Assembly: GCA_002269645.1 (NCBI GenBank)
Contig: NIVC01000031.1
Span: forward strand, 930,001 to 994,000
Source of the DNA: Macrostomum lignano
Taxonomy: Eukaryota
DNA: 64,000 nt
Direction of reading: 5' to 3'
Numbering within the stretch: the stretch's first letter is position 1; each line of letters starts with the position of its first letter. The notes under the pieces were generated by a model, which worked only from the letters and a program-made list of their open reading frames with translations, did not search any database and was not told the origin of the DNA. Position numbers and translations under genes: made by a program. This document shows, piece by piece, positions 21,341 to 37,144 of the stretch.

Positions 21341-22039
21341 GGTTACACTGCTTCTCCTAGCAGCGCTTCTCTGCCGATCCGCTTTCCGTCGCAGCTGTTC
21401 CACACGGCTTCAAACTGAGTGCTTTGCTCTTCTTCAAGCGAATTTGCCTGCCAGCTCAGCAGCAGCAGCAAAAGTCCCGCTGTCACGGACTGAAATCTCT
21501 GAGCTCTCCCTGTGCAGAGAAATTTGTTTAAATGGACTGAGGCCGATTCTCTTCTCTGACCCAGCGGCTGTGTTTGAGGCCTGATTGGGTGCCAGGGGGT
21601 CCGGCAGCTGCTCTGCTCAGCGGGGTGAGAGATGCAGGAGCAGTGAGATGCTGCGAGCTCTGCTGAGTTAAACAATGAGAGCTGACTGTGGCTGCGTGCT
21701 CGGCATAGCAAGTGCATTGTCAGTGGGCAGGGGTGAAGGGGCGGCAGCTGAGACACGAGGGGAGAGAGATGGAGGGAGGGCAGGGCTGTGAGGCCTGGAA
21801 GCCAAGCAGAGCTCTCTGACGATTTTCAATTTATTTTGCGATTGCATGGCAAATTTTTTGAAGAAAATTGCTTATAAGTAACTGAGAATGCTTTTAAGAA
21901 AAATTCAACGCTTGCAATTATTATTTTAAATATTATATATTAAAAATAATATTGTTTTCGACACATTTTTGTTTTCATGAACCGAATAATTCGAACTGCT
22001 CCCAACATTCTTTTCATTCACTTACACGCAGCTTCATTG

Positions 22040-23140
22040 GCCCCTATGTTTTTCCACATTATTATTCCACATTAAAACTGTGGAATAATGGCCAAAATAT
22101 TTTGTTATTGCGTCTGGGTAAAAGTATAATTACAATGGTTGGTTATTCGTAAGTGAGACTTTAGGATAATAGTCCGGCTCATGAGTGCGCGCAGCGAGTG
22201 CAGCGCGCAGCGAGCGCACGAGTGAGCATAGGACTATTATCCTAAAGTCTCACTTACGAATAACCGCATTGTCGAATTTCAGTGGGGCCATAGACAAAAA
22301 GGGCATCGAAAGGAGAGAGGGGTTACCGAGGAGAGAGAGACATAAAGACTGAGGTGGTTTACTGGAGTTTGGGCCATAGACAACGGAGTTGCAAACAGGC
22401 TGGGGGTTAAGAGGGTGGAAAGGAAGGAGATGTGGAGAGAAAGAGAGAATAAAACGTAAATAGCTACATTCGCTTGGCCATGGAGAACCAGGCGTCATAT
22501 CCGATCAACTGGGGCAATCTGCCTGTCGAAAGTTTAGCCAACGTATCTAGCAGCGAACTCAATTGGATCTCAAGACTTTCCACATCTCAGAAGGACATGA
22601 AGGATAACGAAGACTTTTTGAACTTCTTGCACTTTCTTGAGACCTGGAATCGGCTGGGCATTCGATGAGCGAGATCATGGCTATCACGGGTCAAAAGTCC
22701 GAGAGCACGGTCCGGCGCTACCTGGCAGTTAAACGGGACAAGTCCCTGCAACAATGCAGCGATGCAGTGTCGCGTGCGTTGAACATGGGACAAAGCGCCG
22801 CGACCCACGGTCAAGTAACAATGCCTGCTGACATCAGCATCCAAAGTTCCATCGTGCAAGAAGCAGTGAGCGTGTCTGATGGTCGTCAGATGAACGGTCG
22901 GAATATCTTTATTATGAACAACTGCACTTTCAACAATTGCAATCTGTAATGGTCTTCGGCACTATGACAATTGCGCCATATTGATACTGCACAATTAACT
23001 TTCCATAGCGCTAATCTTTTGTTGTTGGTGTTTGCTGTTTTGTTCTAAAAATAGGTGTCCATTATCCCGAGTTTGAAATCATTATCCTGAAGTTTAAGTG
23101 AAAAAATAAATAAATGTGCTCATGGTTTAACCATAGACGA
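22040..23140 (+). mobile_element. Internally deleted Crypton-like (tyrosine-recombinase DNA transposon) relic; boundaries approximate
   Basis: LESAGHSMSEIMAITGQKSESTVRRY resembles the C-terminal YR motif, the ORF ends CTFNNCNL, and a 35-bp inverted repeat lies at 22141-22265. Confidence 0.6.
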
Positions 23141-23534
23141 CTGCATTATCCTAAAGGCTGATTTTTGACAATGATTCTGTCTAAACTCGCTTTCTCATCG
23201 ACTTCAAATCTTCTATGGTCAATTGACAGAATGAACGATGTCATGCACAGCATGCCACTGGTAATCGTAAGGTCAATCCGCTGTTTATTAAATTTTTTTG
23301 AGCGTGCAGCATCTTGCTGTGGTTTGTTCGAACTTCCTCAACAATATAATTCTGCAAGTAAACTGCGGATTAATTTATAATTTAAATTGATAGCTTCACA
23401 GTGAGTCTAGAAGAATTTCCCACCGAGGTTTTCCCACAGCGAGGTTTTCTCGCGGGAAAAACTCGGTGGGAAATTCTCGTGCTCCCTTCACAATAGCAAT
23501 ACGCCCCTGCTGAAAGCATTTTTCTTTTCTTAGC

Positions 23535-23660
23535 TCTCTCCTCTCCTCTTATCTCCTCTCCTCTCCTCTCCTCTCCTCTCCTCTCCTCTCCTCTCCTCTC
23601 CTCTCCTCTCCTCTCCTCTCCTCTCCTCTCCTCTCCTACCCTCTCCTCTCCTCTCCTCTC
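23535..23660. repeat. (CTCCT)n microsatellite
   Basis: Read directly. Confidence 0.95.
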
Positions 23661-24849
23661 ACGGACTACTTAATTATCGTTTATATAGAACGCCACACGC
23701 ACGATTGGTGTAATTTTTTGGAGGCTGAATTTCCCTTTGCGTATGCTACAGCAAGCATTGAAATAATATCTTATCATTGAATGCAGATCCTTTTTCAGAG
23801 TGTTTTTTGTATCTATTTCACAGTTTTTTAATCAATCGTCGCGTCCTTCTATTTAAGTAGTCAGTGCTCTCCTCTCCTCTTCACTTCTCTCCTCTCCTCT
23901 CATTTGTACCTTCGTCTTTTCTTTCTTCCATCTCTCATCTCGTATCTCTATTCAATCTCCTCTCATCCTTCAGCTGTGCCGCAGTCATGCGCCAGATTCT
24001 CTATTTGGTCCTGGTAGTAAAAAAGGATTGCCGACCCCCATGGTTTAAGCTGTTGCACTCTCTGAAAACAACATTGCAGTTTGTCCTGCGTGCCTCGTTC
24101 GCCAAGTTCGCGTCTGCCTGCCTTCGTGCTCCGATCGTGGAATTAATGGCCATAACAAAGAATTTCATGGATTAAATGTTACGTGTTACAAATTTGTACA
24201 AGGCAGCATATGTAAGTACATATATGTATGGCTTGATCTTGTGGGTCTGTCTAGAAAATACTTAGAAAATAGGGCTGGCATTTTATACGTACTTTTGAAG
24301 ACAACAGTTCTTCAGTCAGTCGGTATCTCTCTCACATTTGAATATCGTTAAATACAGCAGCTAACCTGCGTTCCCCACTTCTGAACCACTCCACCTGCCA
24401 AGGTTCCCCTTCACCATCAATCTATCCGAAGTTGAAACCGAAGACAATTGACTGATTAGTTGTTTGAAATAACTTCAATTGAAATTTCGGGAGCGACTTA
24501 TTGGTAGCTACTTAATACTGTTTAAAAACTTTCTGTAGGAATCCACTTCAATCAATTGATGAACATCTTTCGGCCATTGAAGCTTTATTGTGCAAAGTAA
24601 AGGGAATTTTCCTGACACTCGAGAGCTATATGCTCAGCAACACTGAAAACCGCCATCCCAGACCCATTTCACCGGAGCGAAAGCTGGAAAACCCTGCGTC
24701 ACTTGCAGTGTAGTAATCTAGCTGATGTCAATGTTAGCACGAAAAATGACTGTTATCAATGTGTGCACAGGTATGGAAATTTGTCAGGAAATTAATATTA
24801 GAGAGTTGACTACTTGTTCCAGATATAAACTCGCAGATATAGCTCGCAG

Positions 24850-26395
24850 ATATAAACTACGAGCTATACTATACTAAACTCTAGCTATAATCTACGAGCT
24901 ATACTATACTAAACTCTAGCTATAAACTACGAGCTATACTATACTAAACTCTAGCTATAAACTACGAGCGATACTATACTAAACTCTAGCTATAAACTAC
25001 GAGCTATACTATACTAAACTCTAGCTATAAACTACGAGCTATACTATACTAAACTCTAGCTATAAACTACGAGCTATACTATACTAAACTCTAGCTATAA
25101 ACTACGAGCTATACTATACTAAACTCTAGCTATAAACTACGAGCTATACTATACTAAACTCTAGCTATAAACTACGAGCTATACTATACTAAACTCTAGC
25201 TATAAACTACGAGCTATACTATACTAAACTCTAGCTATAAACTACGAGCTATACTATACTAAACTCTAGCTATAAACTACGAGCTATACTATACTAAACT
25301 CTAGCTATAAACTACGAGCTATACTATACTAAACTCTAGCTATAAAATACGAGCGATACTATACTAAACTCTAGCTATAAACTACGAGAGATACTATACT
25401 AAACTCTAGCTATAAACTACGAGCGATACTATACTAAACTCTAGCTATAAACTACGAGCTATACTATACTAAACTCTAGCTATAAACTACGAGCTATACT
25501 ATACTAAACTCTAGCTATAAACTACGAGCTATACTATACTAAACTCTAGCTATAATCTACGAGCTATACTATACTAAACTCTAGCTATAAACTACGAGCT
25601 ATACTATACTAAACTCTAGCTATAAACTACGAGCTATACTATACTAAACTCTAGCTATAAACTACGAGCTATACTATACTAAACTCTAGCTATAAACTAC
25701 GAGCTATACTATACTAAACTCTAGCTATAATCTACGAGCTATACTATACTAAACTCTAGCTATAAACTACGAGCTATACTATACTAAACTCTAGCTATAA
25801 TCTACGAGCTATACTATACTAAACTCTAGCTATAAACTACGAGCTATACTATACTAAACTCTAGCTATAAACTACGAGCTATACTATACTAAACTCTAGC
25901 TATAATCTACGAGCTATACTATACTAAACTCTAGCTATAAACTACGAGCTATACTATACTAAACTCTAGCTATAAACTACGAGCTATACTATACTAAACT
26001 CTAGCTATAAACTACGAGCTATACTATACTAAACTCTAGCTATAAACTACGAGCTATACTATACTAAACTCTAGCTATAAACTACGAGCGATACTATACT
26101 AAACTCTAGCTATAAACTACGAGCTATACTATACTAAACTCTAGCTATAAACTACGAGCTATACTATACTAAACTCTAGCTATAAACTACGAGCTATACT
26201 ATACTAAACTCTAGCTATAAACTACGAGCTATACTATACTAAACTCTAGCTATAAACTACGAGCTATACTATACTAAACTCTAGCTATAAACTACGAGCT
26301 ATACTATACTAAACTCTAGCTATAAACTACGAGCGATACTATACTAAACTCTAGCTATAAACTACGAGCTATACTATACAAAACTCTAGCTATAA
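24850..26395. repeat. 35-bp satellite (AAACTCTAGCTATAAACTACGAGCTATACTATACT)n, about 44 units
   Basis: Unit read directly; very homogeneous. Confidence 0.97.
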
Positions 26396-27522
26396 CTCGT
26401 AATACGCTCGTAGAAGCTTAGCTCCAAAGAAAATGTTTGCCAAAAAGTTCCTCAGCCAGTGAGAAATAACACCTACTTTAACTTAGCAATCATTGGTAAT
26501 TGGCAATGAGAAGAGAAAGCAGAACTTGACAGCACCTCCGAAATGCTACAAGCTGATTGCTTGGCATTTCTTCAGTATTTTTATACAGGATTTTCAATGA
26601 AAATAGTCGCAAATGTTGCTGCAATTTAATCACAAAAACATTTACAAAAAAGCAAAACATCACAAAAAACAGCCCGGACTTTCTAATCGTCCGGCATGTA
26701 CACTCTGTGCCTTGGGGTTGGGATCTCATTGGTGTAAGTCAAACCTCCCTGTCAATTATTTCTTACCTGTAAAATGAATGTGGGACGTGCACAGAATCTA
26801 ACCAGGGGTCCCCTAGTTCGGTTTTACCAAAAAACAAGTCTCATCGCTAAATGGATGCTTGCAATCTTAACTTGGAATAACTCAGAAAGAATCAATCAGA
26901 AAGATCTTGCATCTGACACTGCATATATTTTCTGTTTATAGCGCGTTAGATGAAGTAGGAGCGTGCTTGCAGCATACTCAAGAATGTCTACTCACGTTGA
27001 TAGGATTTTTGCTCGGACATTTTGAGAAGAGTTTCAAGCCATATTATTTAAGAGTTGGCAATTCATTCTAATATTTGAAGACATCCTCTTTTTGAGGGGC
27101 AATCCGAAATTCAGTTTTTAAGAAAAAGGCATTTGTAAAATCAGACCAAAATGAACTAAATTTTAGTTATTCCTGAAACAGGCAGGTAGCTTTGGTATTT
27201 TGAAGCTTGGTTTATAGTTCATGATCAAGAGTGAGATACACTTATGTTGCCGACATCATCTAGGAAAGTTCTCAACAAGAGGTTGAAAGTTCTAGTTCAC
27301 AATAATCCTGTTAATTATAAGAGTATAAATTTATGCTTCAAGTAGTTTTCTCAGTTGTTGGTCAAACACATTGACTCCTTCAATATTGCTGGAAAATAAA
27401 ATGGAAATGATGAGAATGATCAAGTGGCAAGAAATACAAACAATACGAGTAATTAGTCTGTTAACTTATGGAACACCCCTCGTAATTAGTCTGTTAAAAA
27501 CGCTGAGAACTTCTAAGCACTA

Positions 27523-28868
27523 CGAGGTTTATTCAAAAAGTTCTTTTCGGTCCTTTGGCATTTATTTTTAGAAAGCGTTGTAAACAGAATTTTAGCGATT
27601 TTACCAAGTTATGTCTATGGCCTAAACGTTCCTAGGGTTTTAAGTCTCAGTTTGCAACTATGTTAGAGCAGCGAACATTTCTATCAGCTGCCACTCAATT
27701 TCTTGGCCATGGCTGAATCATTTTCAAAGCAAGACGTTCGAAGCTTGATGAAGTTTCAGTTTCTGCAAGGAAAAAAGCCACCGGATATGTTTAGGGAGCT
27801 TCAGCAAGTGCTAGGCAACTGTGCACCAACTGAGCAGACAGTTCGAAAATGGTACCGGCTGTTCTCTGAGGGAAGAGAGAGCGTTGAGGACAATGGCCGC
27901 TCTGGAAGGCCGATGACTGCAACCAAAGAGACTGTTGTGAAGAAAGTGCAAGAGCTCTTGGATGATGATCGGCGACGGACTTGCGAAGAGTTGGCAGAAG
28001 ACGTTGGTGTGTCAGTAGGAAGCGTCCACACTATTCTGACTGAGCGTCTTCTCCTACAGAAAAAGTTCTGCAAGTGGGTGCCACACCTGCTGACAGGTGA
28101 GCAAAAGATGCAGCGAACTCTGGCTTCAAGCAGCCACCTGCGTCGGTTCCATCAAGAAGGGGAGGATTTTCTATCAAGAATTGTTGCTGGAGACGAGACG
28201 TGGGTTTACAGCTGGGATCCTGAGACAAAGGCCCAGTCTGCCGAATGGCTTCCAGCACATTCTCCAAGACCTCAGAAGGCCATCAGGAAGCAGGGCGCGA
28301 TAAAGATCATGCACGTCATGTTTTTTGATTCCCAAGGAATCCTGCTGAACTGGGCAGTCCCACAAGGAACCACCGTCAATGGGGACTACTACAAGTGGAT
28401 TCTGCAGGAGAAGCTGCGCCCAGCAATACGAAAGAAGCGCCTTGGTCTGCTGGAATCTGGCGTGATCCTGCTGCACGACAATGCGCCAGCACATCGCAAG
28501 CACAACGTCGTGGAACTCCTGAGCAAATGGGGCTGGGAAGTGCTCCAACATCCACCCTATTCGCCTGATTTGTCGCCGTGCGACTTCTTCTTATTTCCAT
28601 CTGTGAAGAAGCACCTTTGGGGCATTCGATTTGACAGCGTCGAGCACATCGAAGCTGCATGCAATCAAGCTGTTCGCCAAACGGACGCGAGTGGTGTGAG
28701 TTCCGGAATCAGAGGCCTGGTAAATCGCTGGCAGAAGTGCAAAGACATTGGCGGTGAATATGTTGAGTGACAGAATCATGTTAAGCAATCTAACAGTGTT
28801 TTCATAGTTCCAGTTGTTTTGTGTTCAGTTTTGTAGGGCACCGAAAAGAACTTTTTGAATACACCTCG
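27523..28868 (+). mobile_element. Intact mariner transposon, 1346 bp, 29-bp TIRs, TA target duplication
   Basis: TA-CGAGGTTTATTCAAAAAGTTCTTTTCGGT ... ACCGAAAAGAACTTTTTGAATACACCTCG-TA (1 mismatch). Confidence 0.97.
27709..28770 (+). CDS. Mariner DD34D transposase
   Basis: WVPHLL, GDETW, HDNAPAH, YSPDLSPCDF; 34 residues counted between the second and third Asp. Confidence 0.96.
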   Translation: MAESFSKQDVRSLMKFQFLQGKKPPDMFRELQQVLGNCAPTEQTVRKWYRLFSEGRESVEDNGRSGRPMTATKETVVKKVQELLDDDRRRTCEELAEDVGVSVGSVHTILTERLLLQKKFCKWVPHLLTGEQKMQRTLASSSHLRRFHQEGEDFLSRIVAGDETWVYSWDPETKAQSAEWLPAHSPRPQKAIRKQGAIKIMHVMFFDSQGILLNWAVPQGTTVNGDYYKWILQEKLRPAIRKKRLGLLESGVILLHDNAPAHRKHNVVELLSKWGWEVLQHPPYSPDLSPCDFFLFPSVKKHLWGIRFDSVEHIEAACNQAVRQTDASGVSSGIRGLVNRWQKCKDIGGEYVE

Positions 28869-31000
28869 TAGTGAGTGCGTCCATCTCTTCACCGTCTCCA
28901 ACAACTGGCTCGGCGTTCACATCATCGCCTCTTCGTCCTTGTCGAAGTCTTCGAGCACTGGAAGCTACACTCAAAGCCAGCAGATACAACAGCTCAAACA
29001 GTTCGCAGACGGTGAGCAGGCTACACCCTATGTAGAGACCCAGAAGTCCGCCAATGTCGGCTAGAAATGCGGTCATCGAATAGGAGTGCGATATTATCAG
29101 CTGCGGCGATAGGGCGCTTTCGGCCTCTATGCGAACCTCGAGCATGGACTCGGCGATGAAGCTGCGGAACATGGCCTCGGTGATTGCCTGTTTATTGAGT
29201 GTTAACGTGTAGAGGAGTGTTAGTGTATAAACTGTATGAGTCACCACTCTAAAAGGAAGGCCGTTTTCCAATATTTGCCTTCCTGTGTTACTACCGTTTA
29301 AAGGACGAGGGACAATGTCACTGAAAACCAAACAACGCATGCGCCGTTTTTCCTAATTGAAACGCGCTGTTTGAACGAGTAACTCACAAATCAATTTCTG
29401 TAACTTTGTAGAAAAAATACCCTTTTCATAGTATCAATACTAGTCACTTTTCATAGTATCAATTAAAGTATCTCACCTAGCTTCAATTCGCGAGCAATCC
29501 TTCTCAGCTGAGCCATAGCAGGTGCGGAGTTCTCATCATTTAGGGCATCGTATTCAGAAAAATATTCGACCAGCGAACTGCCTGATGAGGGCCAGTTGTC
29601 GAACGAGTATCTGGCATAGTAGCTCTGAAACACGCATGGACTCTTTCGGAGACAGGTTTTAGCGATCATTGCCTCTTGTGAGTTGATGTAGTCCCACACG
29701 TCCAGGTAGCTAGCAACAGATCTGTTGTAGAGTGACTCGGTAAGATTCTCCCAGCGCGGCGCGTGTCTTAGTGCCCAGGGCACGGGATAGTCGGAATATA
29801 TGTGATTAGTTCGATTTTGCCAGGCGTTGCTGAGAGCTTCGTACCAGCAAGCTGCATAGCTGTATTTGAACTCTGTCGGATCGTCCGTAAGGTGATCCTT
29901 GAAAACGGCGTTTTCGTTGTGAGGCATACAGTGGCCACCGTGAAGCTCGTCGCTATAGCGGTTCTCTTCCATGCGGATGGAGATCTGGTAAGACTTGCCC
30001 GGGGCTAGTTTCAATCGGGTTTCGTGCGCAATAGACGGGTACACGCCTTTAGGAACTATGAGCAGAGTGAAGCCGGAGTTCTTCAGCAACTGTTGGCCAT
30101 ACTCTGGATGCCAGTAGAGAAATGGAATGCTTTCACCGGTTTCCGGATTCACAATCGGCTTTATTGGCTTCCCTGAGTAGCCCAGCTCCGGAAAGAATGG
30201 ATCAGTGAACAGCTCGATCAGCATTCGGCTATTTCTGGCTGCGAAATTTTCTCTCTCCTGCTCGGCCACGATCAGCTGGATGCACATCAGGAACATGTTG
30301 TTAGGCACGCTGGCCTCCCGCAGCTCAATTTTGCTTGTGTTTCGTCTGACTTCCGAGTACACGAACGGCCTATGGAGCACCGATTGAGAGAGGCGATGTA
30401 AAAGAAACTGATGCATCAAGTGAACTGGCAGGGAGTGTTGAATTACAGCCGCTCGGAATCTCGTGATGTTGTACGGTTCCTCACAGATATTGCTACTGCA
30501 GTACAACTGACTGTATAGATCATTTAGCCTCTCGACTTCCGCATTAATAAGATCAGCTTGGCTTTCGTTCAGCACAAACGGGAAACTGCCTGAATAAGGA
30601 TGATTTGGGCAAAAGTACAAGTCAGGAAAAACAAATGGAGCATTGTCTAACTTGTACGTCTTCACTATCTTCACGTGGGTAAGCTTTTGCACTAAGTTCA
30701 CCGTCGTACTGCAGAAGAACCCCAAGAATACTAGAAACAAAATAGACCACATCAATTTCGTAGGAAGGTCTTTGGACTTTGGTATCCTGCTAATACCGTG
30801 GGCTGAACTTCGGGACAATGCGTCGCTCACAGTGTGACTTAGGTTGGATAAAACTGGACTTAGCTGGATCTGAAGTTGTAACAGGGAAGAAGAGCAAATA
30901 ATCAAAAGTCAAATTTTATTATGGTAAAATCAGAAGTACCGGAGTAAATACTTACAGAGCATGGAGTCGGACACTCGCTGGTGGATCGAGATTCCTGCAT
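28825..31000 (-). CDS. DEG/ENaC-family sodium channel. Proposed exons 31000-30956, 30869-29477, 29397-29388, 29320-29248 and 29187-28825
   Basis: Pre-TM1 SSAHGISRI, TM1, FPDLYFC, and TM2 LADIGGLLGLYIGCSLLTVCE. All proposed junctions are GT-AG and phase-consistent; the small middle exons are less certain. Confidence 0.88.
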
Positions 31001-31971
31001 TCGTTTTGGAGAGGCTGCAAAAAGTTCTGTAGCTATCCAGTTTAGATTACTCTGCCTTTCAGATCAAGATGCGAACATGCCTCTTTTATACCAAAAGCTG
31101 CGAACATGCATAAAATTAGTCTAGACAGATTTATGTTCAAGTAATTTTTGCCTAGCTATGGCCTCTCATTCGGTATGGAAAGCCCGCGATTAATCTTCTT
31201 ATTTATTCACCATTCGAGTCTAGCTATATATGTCCTGGAGACGCCTATCAAAAAGTGTAATCCCATAGGCCATCACGAGCTATAGATTCTCCTGGTATTC
31301 ATGCAGTAAAGTCTTCATCGAGGCCATTAGCAACTAAATTAGCCGCTTTGATCTGCACTAATGCGCCGATCTGCTACTAATGGAAGAGAAGGATAGAAAC
31401 TAATTAAATAGGCATTAGACTAATGGCAATTGATGGCTTCGGTATGACTCAGACTAGCAGTTGCACTCTCCTAGCAGATATTTTTAGTGATAAGTCTTTT
31501 TATTGGATCAGTGCAGCTACCATTGAAGAGTCCTTTTTCCTGTAACTAGCTGCTGATCTCAGTGATACGCTCTGTACTTTGTATGATTGCTCTGTATTTG
31601 AGCCTTGTCGGGCGAAGTACGCTCGTATTATACCTCGTAAAATTCGCAAAATTCGACTGACTGACTCTGACTATCTTAGAAAACTCAACGAAGTAATCAA
31701 CAATCGACTTGTTTAGTCGGCACAATGAGTTCTATAATTCGCAATCCTTAGCAATTATAGAGCTCCTTGAGTCAACCTATGCGCGCTAAAACGCAACAGG
31801 CGCAGTCCGACTGCTGAGAATGTCTATGGCCAAACGCCAGCCGAGACTCTCTGTGGTAGATCTTCACTTTATGTGATATGCTAATTGCTATCCAAGAAAT
31901 GCGGAGGGTGAGACCCAATGCCAACTTTGCAGCTGCAGCTTCATATACAGCTTCACGGGCCTCTACTTTTT

Positions 31972-32160
31972 TAGCCTATAGTTGGTTAGAGTGTGGACTC
32001 ACGACTTGAAGGTCGGGGGTTCGATTCTCGACACACTCGGAAAATGTGTGCCCTTGAGCAAGACACTTGACTCTGCATTGCTTCACATCACCCAGCTGTA
32101 AAATGGGTACCGTAATTGAGGGCGTGTGTGGCGACCACCTCCCTTCCCCAGTCCCCCTGT
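31972..32160 (+). mobile_element. tRNA-derived SINE, 3' truncated
   Basis: A-box-like TGGTTAGAG, B-box GGTTCGATTC and core CTTGAGCAAGACAC...CCCAGCTGTAAAATGGGT shared with three other copies. Confidence 0.85.
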
Positions 32161-33166
32161 CTGTTGGAATACAACCTTTCCAACTTCAGGAGACTGCGAA
32201 ATCATTTGTGGCTGCATTCTGTGATAAAGAAAGTTCGCACTTATACTCGACATTTATCTTTGACTGCAACACTACTATATAGATAGGCTTGCTCGGGCAG
32301 AAACGAGCCATTCCCAGGCGGGCAGGTCAAAAGGTTGGACATTCCCAGATGAAGTGCTCCGCATTCTTAACGTCGGAGAGGCAGAATGGGCATTCCCCAC
32401 GACAGATTTTTTCCTGGAGATAGCCACGCCTGAGAAAGCGGCCTTTGACCCAAGAGGGCCACTCTGGTTACCACCCTGATGAACCTGTGGATGAACACAA
32501 GCAGCTAAGGGCCGGGCCGTGCAGCGGGCGGGGAAGGGACAGGGGATTGCCGACAGTCGAGGGCCCAACTCTCTCTGTGCATTGATGCCACCCGACATAG
32601 AGGTGTGAAAGCAAGACTTAGGTGGAAAAAGTCCACACCTTCTTCCTAGCAGAACCTGTGAGTGACTTCGTTTGAAAAAACTGTCGCATTCTGTAGTATA
32701 GATTGCGTCTAACGGAAGCTTGGAACAATGGAAACACAAAATAAAAAAGACCACTCAGAAAGCCTGAGTAGTCAGGTAGGAAGTCAATTTTTTAATCATG
32801 CCGAACAAAAGAAGACAATGCCGACCAGTTTACCAAGCCTTTCATCACCCACGTTGTTTTTTATTATTTATTCGAATGAAAAAAGAGCAGAATAAAAAAC
32901 TATTCTATAGAAGCCGATAACTGCGCATCCACGTTCGCCGCTTTCAATATCGACTTCCTCAGATCCGGCAACTAGCAAAATCTAAGGCCGTTTCCAAATT
33001 TGGTTTTCATTCGCAACAATCGGAATGTAGAGAAGCCAGTAAAACAATTTTTCCACCGACCAAGGAAAAGAAATATCGGTTGAGATAGTCTCGACGAAAC
33101 GATAGGGTTTGATACACCGATTTGAAGGGCACTTCTGTTTAGAGCGTAAGCCGCGTCCGTTTGAAT

Positions 33167-36152
<2,986 letters not shown>

Positions 36153-37144
36153 TTTCTCTGTAGTAGTCTTGATGCACTAAAATATTTTGTACGAACTGAT
36201 TTAAAAAGATCGGAGTGATATTATTTCTCTCGTTGTAATTCGAATTTCATGTTTCCCTAATATAACTCGGCTGCATACAGAAGGTTCTGTTTAAATTCTA
36301 TTATGCTTGCTCCCCCATTGGTGGATCAGTGATTGGAGGACTGTTCTGCAATCAAGATTTTACTCAAACAAAAAATATTGGTTACTACTAGCTTGTAGCT
36401 CGGATTGAACATTTCTACCTGTTTTTGCCGGTAATTTTCTACGTCTGTTTGATTTGTTTTGATTCATTTTTGGGTTTTTAAGATACATAAATGTACTTTT
36501 GATCCGTGGAGTCATCGAGGAGGAACGGATACACTTGTCGATCCTGATCCGACACTTTTGACTCGTCATCATCAGGTTTGTGCTCAAAAAAGGTGCTCGG
36601 TGCGTACAAGCGTGCCAGAGAGCAGCCGCTTGTCTCCGTCATCATGGCAATGCACTGGGATACAAAATTTGCTGTTTCAACACCGGACGGACTACACGTA
36701 TCGAATTTTTTCGAGACACGTACTTTGGGTGTGCATTCTAGGGAGATATGCACGCGCCGTCCTAAGCTCGTGCTGGAGCTTGACTAGGTGCTGTGCGCAC
36801 AGGCACAAGCGCACAAAAATCACAGTGACTTTACCGCGCAGGCAATTTTTACGGCTGAGACATATGCACGGAGGCAACTTTTTACGACTTATCCGGCGCA
36901 AAGTCAGGAAGCTTTATTTTCTCTAATATTTATTTTTCACGAAGTTAAAATGTTCAAACTTAAAATTTTTTAAATTTTCAGATACAAAATTCTAAATTTT
37001 TGCGATTAAAAATGGTAAAATGTTCCGATTTACGAGCGTAAAATGGTAAAATGTTCAGTAGCTAAGAATAGAACCAAATTTTATGCAAGTCTGAGGCCGG
37101 GTTTTGATGGTCTGTCGCTGGCTGCAGCTGGTAGTACAAACAAT

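Noticed and set aside
32275-32754. 159-aa ORF and a short plus-strand frame
   Set aside because: No motif; may be a decayed repeat.
36360-36926. Cluster of short ORFs upstream of glycine-rich paralog 2
   Set aside because: No recognisable domain or splice structure.
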